Positions 56,798-64,000 of a stretch of DNA of 64,000 bases are shown piece after piece. A program made the position numbers and the translations under genes. The notes beneath the pieces are model-generated. The model was not told the DNA's origin. It did no database searches and saw nothing but the letters and a program-made list of their open reading frames with translations. The stretch is from positions 20,210 through 84,209 of the forward strand of contig JAIORQ010000100.1 in the NCBI GenBank assembly GCA_021108035.1. Reading direction: 5' to 3'. Each line of letters begins with the position of its first letter. Within the stretch, counting starts at the first letter, position 1. This stretch comes from Bacteroidales bacterium (GTDB taxonomy: Bacteria > Bacteroidota > Bacteroidia > Bacteroidales > JAADGE01).

Positions 56798-58210
56798 TCA
56801 ATCAGGTAAACTTATAAGATCTTTCTTATAAAAAACAACATATGCAAGAAATATTAAAATTGTTAAAGTAATAGCTATTTTTATTAATATTGAAATATCT
56901 AAAAGAAAATATGCTGTTAATGTAATAATAAAAGTTGCAACAATCCATTTAACCGGGTGATAATTAACGTTATTATATTTTTTAAATTCCTTTAAGAAAA
57001 AACCGGCATACCCCATATACATAAGTGCCAAAAATGTTGTAACGGCAGCAGCAACAACTCCAAATATCGGAATGAAAATAATGTTTAATATTACGTTAAG
57101 AATACCTGCCGTAAATGTAATTTTCCATAACAGATTTGTTTTTTCATAATAAAAAAGAGCAGTTGTTGATCCCATATACATCGGCCTGTAATTATATGCC
57201 ATAATAATTGGAACAGTTAAGGGATAAACAGACCGCAAATCTTCATTTTGAATTAAAAAAAAGAAAATTTCTTTTATCCACAAACACATTAAAAAAGATA
57301 TAATAAGGAATGCAATTTGAACAATAAATATTAACTTTCGAGAAGCTGCTTCTTTTCCTTGTTTTATATAATGTCTTAGTGTAGGCCCTATTGCTAATCC
57401 TGTAGCACTTGCCAAAGTCCCAAAATAGTTTCCAAAATTATAAGCAAGATTGTATCCTCCAATATTTTCAGTTGAAACATTAATGTTATCCATAACAATT
57501 CTATCCGAACTATCCAAAAGGAAAGAGGAATAGTAATGAGGAATAGTAGGCAAGGTAACTTTTAATGATTTCTTAATTAACCTTCTTTTATAATTAAAGA
57601 TTGGAGTTAATTTTAATTTCTTATATAAGGGAAACATATATGAAATGCCTTGTAATGTTCCTGTTATGGCATTTGAAACAAACCACCCCATATATCCCAT
57701 TTTAAGCCCGGCAATAGTATATAGTGTTAATAATATGCTAAATACTCCAAAAACAACAGATCTTACTGCAATAGGTGTTGGTTTTTCTTGTAATTGATAA
57801 TAGGAGTGAGCGATCATAGTTGTTGGCCCGACAATTAATCTGGGAACAATCAGCAGAGGAATAATATACCACAAATTTTCTCTTGCTTCTTCGGGAGTTA
57901 TAAAATATAAAAGAATTACAAGTAAAATGCTAAAAACAAACATCCATTGACTTAAAAAACCGTGTATTTGCCTCCATAACCATTTATGTTGTTTTTCAGA
58001 ATGATAAAATGAATTAACAATTGATAAGCGAAGACCAAGCATTTCAAAAACACTGACAGCCCCGATATATGACATTATAATACCATTAATACCATAATCT
58101 GTTTTTGTTAAATATTGTGTTACTATAGGTAGTGTAAAGACACTTAAAATACGAGGAAGCTGTGGAGCAAGACCATAAATTAATGTATTTGTGAATAATT
58201 TTTTGAGCAT
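56798..58210 (-). CDS. Wzx-type polysaccharide flippase
   Basis: NTLIYG, TLPI.T.YL...DYG, LLDSSDRI, G.YNLAY, NIIFIP.FG..AAA.TT; about 12-14 TM helices. Confidence 0.9.
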   Translation of the reverse strand: MLKKLFTNTLIYGLAPQLPRILSVFTLPIVTQYLTKTDYGINGIIMSYIGAVSVFEMLGLRLSIVNSFYHSEKQHKWLWRQIHGFLSQWMFVFSILLVILLYFITPEEARENLWYIIPLLIVPRLIVGPTTMIAHSYYQLQEKPTPIAVRSVVFGVFSILLTLYTIAGLKMGYMGWFVSNAITGTLQGISYMFPLYKKLKLTPIFNYKRRLIKKSLKVTLPTIPHYYSSFLLDSSDRIVMDNINVSTENIGGYNLAYNFGNYFGTLASATGLAIGPTLRHYIKQGKEAASRKLIFIVQIAFLIISFLMCLWIKEIFFFLIQNEDLRSVYPLTVPIIMAYNYRPMYMGSTTALFYYEKTNLLWKITFTAGILNVILNIIFIPIFGVVAAAVTTFLALMYMGYAGFFLKEFKKYNNVNYHPVKWIVATFIITLTAYFLLDISILIKIAITLTILIFLAYVVFYKKDLISLPD

Positions 58211-58213
58211 TTG

Positions 58214-59269
58214 TTACTTAGTAATAATCTTTAATTTGTTTTTTTTGTATTCTTTCATCTGACCAATATCAACCCACGATTTTTCAGAAACAGGAAAAAC
58301 ACCAATCTTTCCCCCCCTTTTTTTTGTATCATCAATTAAACTTGTGATATGATAAATTTTATTTTTTGGTATGATTTTTAATACGTCCGGATTCAGAATA
58401 TACATCCCTGTATTAACAAGAAAATCAAATTCAGGTTTTTCATCAATTTTTATTAATTCACCACCCTTTGATATTTTACAAACACCATAAGGAATTGCAT
58501 AGTGTTGCATTGATGCTACAAGTGTAATGTCATATTTTCCTTTTATATGAAAGTCATATATTTCAGCATAATTGGCTTTTATTATGATGTCACAATTGGC
58601 AACAAAAAAAGGTTTTTCAAATTCATTTTCCACAAATTTCAATGCTCCTGCCGTACCAAGCGGTTTTTTTTCATTAATGTATTGTATATTATAATTGTGC
58701 TTAATATCTTCAAGATATGCCTTTATCATTGATGCTTTATAATTTACCGAAATATAATATTCTGAAATCTTATATTTATTATATTCTTTCATTATGACTT
58801 CTATCATTGATTTATCTCCGACAGGAATAAGCGGTTTTGGAAGAATGTTTGTGAACGGAGCTAAACGTGTGCCTTTTCCGCCGGCCATTATAACAACCTT
58901 TGCATCAATTTTTTCCTGTTTGGTTTCAATGCTAATTTTATAAAAATCATCTTTTATAATAATATCAATGAGTTGGTTGTTCTTTATTACGGGAATGTGT
59001 TTTACGTCTTTTTTCTTGAAAACTTTATCTGCCTCATCATGAGTAAAGTTGTAAGGCAAGCTGATAAAATTTTTATTAGTTATTTCTTCTATGGGATTCT
59101 TTAGAGAAACATCATTCAGAATAGCTCTTCTTATGTCTCCGTCTGTTATAACACCAAATATTTCATTATTCTTATATATGCATAAAAACCCGATGGCAGC
59201 TTTGTCAAGCTTTTTCATAGCATCTTTAATTGTAACGGTATCATCAGCAATGTAATTGTTATGGTTCAT
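58214..59269 (-). CDS. CBS-domain sugar-phosphate nucleotidyltransferase (PtmE-like)
   Basis: N-terminal CBS pair (GVITDGDIRRAIL), then MAGGKGTRL.PFT..LPKPLIP, PLGTAGAL, NCDI, VNTG.YIL, W.DIG. Confidence 0.9.
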   Translation of the reverse strand: MNHNNYIADDTVTIKDAMKKLDKAAIGFLCIYKNNEIFGVITDGDIRRAILNDVSLKNPIEEITNKNFISLPYNFTHDEADKVFKKKDVKHIPVIKNNQLIDIIIKDDFYKISIETKQEKIDAKVVIMAGGKGTRLAPFTNILPKPLIPVGDKSMIEVIMKEYNKYKISEYYISVNYKASMIKAYLEDIKHNYNIQYINEKKPLGTAGALKFVENEFEKPFFVANCDIIIKANYAEIYDFHIKGKYDITLVASMQHYAIPYGVCKISKGGELIKIDEKPEFDFLVNTGMYILNPDVLKIIPKNKIYHITSLIDDTKKRGGKIGVFPVSEKSWVDIGQMKEYKKNKLKIITK

Positions 59270-59431
59270 TTTATTTTGTTTTTATATCCAATAAGCACGT
59301 TTTTTTTCTTTTGTTATCTATATTTAAAAGACCATTGATATACAGTAAAAAGAATAGTGTTTTTGAACATTTAAAAAATCAATTTATATTATAGTGCAAG
59401 AATTTTATTTCTGACGATATTTTATTCATTA

Positions 59432-61333
59432 TCAGAATATGACATCCTTAAAAATAATAATTTTTCCCTTATCTAAAGTTAATTTATCAGATAATATTAA
59501 TTTTTCTACAATATCAACCGGCAAAATTTCTAATCCGGAAGTCTCAAGAATTATATCAAATTTTACATTCCGATAATTTTCAATTTTATTTTCCGGATAA
59601 TTTTGTTTTATAAATTTAATAAATAGTCCTGAAGTATTCCCTTTCTTTTTTAATTTTATTATATCATCCTGTAACATTTCATTATAGGTATAGTATGTAG
59701 AAAGAAAATAAAGAGAGTATATATAAGATTTTGTAAATAACTCAACATCCTTGTTTGTGTATGGTCTTCCTGCGCCCCAATCGGACACACTTTCGTAAGA
59801 GTGTTTTTTAAATAATTCAATAAACCGTTCCTTTGAGACACCTAGAAGAGCAAAGTTTTCCATTACTCTTGTTAGATTCTTTTTATATCCATGTGGCTGA
59901 AAACTATAATCTTGAAAAACCAAGCGATGATGAGAATAACAATTAACAAAATAAATTACATTGCCGGAATTTGTAAGCAAAAGATTGTTATTATCATTAT
60001 CGCTTATGATATATTGTGATAGTTCAGGCATATTTGTCGATCGAAAATAATTTTTTGTCAAATATTTTGCGTTTAGATAAAAGAAACCAGTCATCACACC
60101 CCAAACAATAAATAACATAACAATTGTTATTGTTTTTATTACCTTATTCGAAGCAAATTTTTGACTTATTTTTATTAATATCTGAACAACAAAAAAAACA
60201 GAGAATACAATATATGGAATTATGGCACCCCTGTACCAAAACCTACTGTAATGAGTGCTTTGAAATATTGTGCTTATTGAAAATATAGTCAGAGCGAAAA
60301 AAATAATAAATACATATTTCGGCATTTTCTTCCGAAAAAAATAAAATGAAACTATTGGCAGAAAATAAGGAAATATTGCTAAAATTGCAATTCTCTTAAT
60401 TCGTATCAAGCTTGAGGATTCATTGGGCATAATAAGTGACAAGTCAATTGTAGTATCAAAAAGTTCCTTTCCCATTTCTGAAGAGGCTAAAACAATTTTT
60501 TGAAACAAAATAATTCCCCCAAAGACAAAGATCATAAGTAAAACTTTATACTTATGTTTGATAAACACCAATAATTTGTATCTGAAAAGAATTATTAATC
60601 CTGAAATAAAAATTAAAATAATTGCTGAAGGAACATGGATGAATGCTAAAATTGTAAACAGCAACAGTGGAATGTAAAAATGTTTATCGGTTTTTTCATA
60701 ATTTTGAAATATAAAAATGATATAACCAATTGCAAAAAGGATTGCTGTACCTGAAGTTCCTGAAATAATCGCTCTTGAAAGATCGTTAAATTGTCCGTGA
60801 TAAAAAATATAAGAAGGAGAAAACCATGCTCGTAAATTAAAAATATGAGAATAAGGTGGATACAATTTTGTAAAAAAGAAAAAGAACACAACTGCCATAA
60901 AGTGAATATAAACTTTACTTTGTACTGTCTTCAACAGAGACGATAGTTTATTCAGAAAATATATGATTGAAAGATATAAAAAAAATGCATTAAAAAATCG
61001 AACAAAGAATATTCCCAACCGTTGATCTAATATTAAACATCCTATTTTATAAAAAGGTAAATTAATTAAATATGCTAAAATCCGAACGAATTCATGCGAT
61101 AACAGATTGCTGCCGTTATAATGGTCTTGCGGTAACGAAATACCTACTTGAGACATTTTATTTAATATCCCGAAATAAAAATAATCATCGCCAATCGAAT
61201 ACGGAGGAGAGTTTACCGGCACCCATGCTTCTAAATTAATTAAGATAGGATATAAATCCGGTAAATTAATAACAAAAGCAAAAATAAATGCTATCAAAAA
61301 CAAATTGATATTATTTTTGAAAAAGTTTTTCAT
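59432..61333 (-). CDS. Large multi-pass membrane protein, possible GT-C fold
   Basis: About 11 hydrophobic helices, GDDY acidic motif after TM1, soluble C-terminal domain. Confidence 0.6.
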   Translation of the reverse strand: MKNFFKNNINLFLIAFIFAFVINLPDLYPILINLEAWVPVNSPPYSIGDDYFYFGILNKMSQVGISLPQDHYNGSNLLSHEFVRILAYLINLPFYKIGCLILDQRLGIFFVRFFNAFFLYLSIIYFLNKLSSLLKTVQSKVYIHFMAVVFFFFFTKLYPPYSHIFNLRAWFSPSYIFYHGQFNDLSRAIISGTSGTAILFAIGYIIFIFQNYEKTDKHFYIPLLLFTILAFIHVPSAIILIFISGLIILFRYKLLVFIKHKYKVLLMIFVFGGIILFQKIVLASSEMGKELFDTTIDLSLIMPNESSSLIRIKRIAILAIFPYFLPIVSFYFFRKKMPKYVFIIFFALTIFSISTIFQSTHYSRFWYRGAIIPYIVFSVFFVVQILIKISQKFASNKVIKTITIVMLFIVWGVMTGFFYLNAKYLTKNYFRSTNMPELSQYIISDNDNNNLLLTNSGNVIYFVNCYSHHRLVFQDYSFQPHGYKKNLTRVMENFALLGVSKERFIELFKKHSYESVSDWGAGRPYTNKDVELFTKSYIYSLYFLSTYYTYNEMLQDDIIKLKKKGNTSGLFIKFIKQNYPENKIENYRNVKFDIILETSGLEILPVDIVEKLILSDKLTLDKGKIIIFKDVIF

Positions 61334-61557
61334 ATACTTTGTTTCTATACTTTCTTAAGTGCAAAAAAGACGATTCCCCCTTTTTCAGACTCCGTCACTT
61401 TTTTTAATTTGTTTTTAAATAAACCGGAGATTATCGGAGAAAAGATACTGCGTATACTTTTTAGTAAATACCATTTATTAAACATTTTCTTTTTAATAAA
61501 GCCTAGAATAGAAAAAGGAGCTTCCTTAATATATTTAATTTTTTTTTTTGAACACCA

Positions 61558-62682
61558 TTATTTTTTTAATTTTAATAGTTGATTACAAATAAAATATATT
61601 TTTTCTTCATTTAAAGTAGGAACTGAAGGCAGACTAATTACAGCATCACCTAACATTTCACTAACAGGGACATTGTGAGTATGAAATATTTTTAACCGTG
61701 AAGATGCAATAAAACCCGGACGCGTTTCTATTCCTGCCTCTTTCAATTGTTCTATAAGAATATCGCGACCTTGTGGAAAAACTTTCTTTGAAATTTTCAA
61801 GGCAAATGCCCAGAGTACCGGATTAATGTTTGGTTCAAAGTATTGTAATTCAATTTCGTCAATATTTTTTAAATTTTTTAAATACAAATTGTGCATATTT
61901 TTTCTTGCAGCAATTATATCATTTCGTTTTTCGAATTGTGCCACTCCTAAAGCAGCTTGCATATTTGTTAGTCTGAAATTATGTCCGGGAACTTCATGCC
62001 AATATTTTCCACGTTCAGAAAGTCCGTGACTTCTGTACAGCTTCATTTTATCCGAAAGTTCTTTATTGGCAGTAATAAGCATTCCACCCTCACCGGTTGT
62101 GATTGTTTTTGTTGCTTGAAAGCTAAAACTGCTTAAATGTCCAAAAGTTCCTGCATATTTGTCTTTGTATTTTGAAAAAAGTGCTTCGGCGACATCTTCA
62201 ATCACCCAAATATTATATTTATTTGCGATATTCATAATTTCGTCCATATCACAAACATTACCATAAGTATGAACAGGAACAATTGCTTTTGTTTTTTTTG
62301 TTATTTTTTTTTCTATTTCGGATGCTGTTATATTCCATGTTTTAGGGTCAACATCAGCAAAAATAGGTTTTGCTCCAAAATGTAATGCAATATTTGCCGC
62401 TGCCATAAAAGCAAATCCCGGAACAATAATTTCATCACCCGGTTTTATTCCAACAGCAAGATAAGCTAAGTGAATTGAAGTAGTGCCGTTGGAAGTTGTG
62501 ATAGAGTTATTAATATTAAATAAATCGGAAAAACTATCTTCCAGTTTTTTTATATAACTACCACCTGAAATCCATGTGGACTTAACCGCATCATTTACAT
62601 AGGCAATTTCATTGCCCCAGAAATAAGGTTGCACCCAAGATATCCTTTCGTTCATTTTATTTTTTTTGAATATAAGTTCCAT
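61558..62682 (-). CDS. DegT/DnrJ/EryC1/StrS aminotransferase (perosamine synthase-like)
   Basis: WISGG, NGT, VHTYG, IEDVAEA, SFQATKTITTGEGGM, NFRLTNMQAALG. Confidence 0.93.
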   Translation of the reverse strand: MELIFKKNKMNERISWVQPYFWGNEIAYVNDAVKSTWISGGSYIKKLEDSFSDLFNINNSITTSNGTTSIHLAYLAVGIKPGDEIIVPGFAFMAAANIALHFGAKPIFADVDPKTWNITASEIEKKITKKTKAIVPVHTYGNVCDMDEIMNIANKYNIWVIEDVAEALFSKYKDKYAGTFGHLSSFSFQATKTITTGEGGMLITANKELSDKMKLYRSHGLSERGKYWHEVPGHNFRLTNMQAALGVAQFEKRNDIIAARKNMHNLYLKNLKNIDEIELQYFEPNINPVLWAFALKISKKVFPQGRDILIEQLKEAGIETRPGFIASSRLKIFHTHNVPVSEMLGDAVISLPSVPTLNEEKIYFICNQLLKLKK

Positions 62683-63248
62683 ATCACACCATACATACTA
62701 AAAGATTTCAAAAACAAAAAACTATTTTTCAAATAAAAATTATTGGACTTATGCATTTCTTCATGAACAGTAACCTTATATTCTGTTATATTCCTTTTTA
62801 AAAACTCTATTGACAATTCATTAAGCATTTCCCGTCCCATACCCTTTGAACGTTCAGTATTATCAACAGCTATAACAACCAATTCTGATTTTATATTTAT
62901 ATCTACTTTTTTGTTATATAATATGGTTTGAATTAATTTTATTATAATCTGCGGTTTACGCAATATTCTCATAATTATTAATGGTATAAAAATATAAAAC
63001 CGCTTAATTATCACTTTAAATAGTAAATCACTATCTTCTGTTGCTAAAATGAAACCCTTCAATTTATTATTCACAGAAGCTACAATTAAGAATCCTAAAT
63101 CAAGATGAAATATAGATGTATAAAGCTTGTAAAGAAACCTAAAACCTAATTCAGTAATAAAACTACGGTAAGATAAAGCTTCAATATGTAATTTTACAGC
63201 ATCTTTAACAAATCTGTCTGATTTTTTTTTAACAATTTCTATTTGCAT
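62652..63248 (-). CDS. GNAT N-acetyltransferase
   Basis: ELVVIAVD...RSKGMG..ML, V......SNNFYLKN.F. Confidence 0.85.
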   Translation of the reverse strand: MQIEIVKKKSDRFVKDAVKLHIEALSYRSFITELGFRFLYKLYTSIFHLDLGFLIVASVNNKLKGFILATEDSDLLFKVIIKRFYIFIPLIIMRILRKPQIIIKLIQTILYNKKVDINIKSELVVIAVDNTERSKGMGREMLNELSIEFLKRNITEYKVTVHEEMHKSNNFYLKNSFLFLKSFSMYGVIWNLYSKKIK

Positions 63249-63269
63249 AAGTAATAAACAATAATTTTC

Positions 63270-64000
63270 TTAATTATATGATTTTTTGACTTTTCCTTTT
63301 TTCATCTTATATAATAAAACATCACGAATAAAATCATGTAAATCTTCTTTAAGCCAATCCAGTGGTTTTTTCCACTTAAACATAGAACTTTGACTATCAA
63401 GAATTACATCTTTATTGTTGTTATTTACAATAACTTCAAACAATGTCCCTATGTCGTGAAAAATTTGATCATTTTTGTTATTAAAAACAAAATCAAAATC
63501 TCCAAATTTTATAAAATTATTTCCTCCTAAACCACATTCTTGCCAAAGTTTTCGTTGAGCTGTTTCAATCATTCTTTCACCATATAGTACACGACCTCCC
63601 GGCACCCACCACTCACCTTTTGCCGGTTCATTTTTTCTTTTTACAAGTAAAACTTTTCCTTCTGTATTTGTAACAAATATATCTACACATGGAATTGACA
63701 ACGTTTGGAGAATAGTTTGATATAATTCCGGGTCAATGATTTTTTGTCCTTCATTATTTCTTAGATAATTTGAAAAAAAAGATGTCTCTAATTGTCTTTG
63801 ATAATTGTTTAAAAGATTGAGAATAAATTTATGGTCAATTAATTTTGTCCAATCATTTGGATACTTCCACAAATGTTCACTGCTCTGGGAATCAAGCTGT
63901 ATACCATCTTGTTTAATATTAGCAATGTAAATTTTGGATATTACATGTTGATAATAATTTTCTGTTTTATTTTCCACAAGATATTCAACTGTTTCAAGTT
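63270..64000 (-). CDS. NUDIX hydrolase (GDP-mannose mannosyl hydrolase-like), 5' end beyond the right edge, probably two NUDIX domains
   Basis: PCVDI...VLLVKR.NEPAKGEWWVPGGRV...ET..RKLWQECG. The frame stays open past GTG 63977 to the edge (LETVEYLV). Confidence 0.85.
   Translation of the reverse strand, partial: LETVEYLVENKTENYYQHVISKIYIANIKQDGIQLDSQSSEHLWKYPNDWTKLIDHKFILNLLNNYQRQLETSFFSNYLRNNEGQKIIDPELYQTILQTLSIPCVDIFVTNTEGKVLLVKRKNEPAKGEWWVPGGRVLYGERMIETAQRKLWQECGLGGNNFIKFGDFDFVFNNKNDQIFHDIGTLFEVIVNNNNKDVILDSQSSMFKWKKPLDWLKEDLHDFIRDVLLYKMKKGKVKKSYN

Noticed and set aside
61334-61557. Possible structured leader or antitermination element in the polysaccharide locus
   Set aside because: Only partial complementarity (CTTTTTC..CTCCG vs CGGAG..AAAAAG); no recognisable ops/JUMPstart motif.
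1578-63977. Short ORF-track entries overlapping longer genes (e.g. 1578-1850, 5585-5782, 10862-11044, 13090-13359, 19228-19569, 27745-28146, 29483-29848, 38483-38869, 43658-43963, 47950-48393, 50605-50919)
   Set aside because: They are antisense or alternate-frame shadows of well-supported genes and show no family motifs.
1-64000. CRISPR arrays, tRNA, rRNA and prophage genes
   Set aside because: No regularly spaced repeats, cloverleaf or rRNA signatures, or phage structural genes were seen on manual reading; tRNAscan-SE, Infernal and CRISPRCasFinder would be needed to exclude them formally.

Overview
Low-GC chromosomal window from a member of the Bacteroidota, probably Bacteroidales-like. 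The assignment rests on TAnnTTTG promoter boxes, a T9SS C-terminal domain, class II nrdJ, and Bacteroidota-type rpiB, dnaG and ompH. Left to right: (1) nadA, cut off by the left edge, then a 571-bp very AT-rich gap with DnaA-box-like 9-mers (oriC candidate), rpiB, an Rrf2 regulator, vanZ/hemW head-to-head and dnaG; (2) a short glycosyltransferase cluster (5.9-8.9 kb); (3) envelope genes: a large uncharacterised barrel, ompH, a lipoprotein/beta-barrel pair, a T9SS cysteine peptidase, a rhomboid and a beta-helix lipoprotein; (4) a type II restriction-modification cassette with a 5'-truncated second methylase; (5) a TMTC-like GT-C/TPR protein followed by a 262-bp MITE-like element; (6) nrdJ and threonine dehydrogenase; (7) an uncharacterised YidD-like/TPR-membrane gene cluster interrupted by a KilA-N gene; (8) a >26-kb minus-strand Wzx/Wzy surface-polysaccharide locus that runs off the right edge. 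Main unexplained pattern: several small cassettes (two AbiEii-toxin/antitoxin-like pairs and a KilA-N gene) sit at host stop codons with short direct repeats and no transposon ends. In two cases the host TAA supplies the first bases of the cassette's promoter box. An AAA ATPase gene is flanked by a 63-bp duplication of the hisH 5' end. No rRNA, tRNA or CRISPR array was seen. All family calls come from motif recognition by eye; no database search was run.
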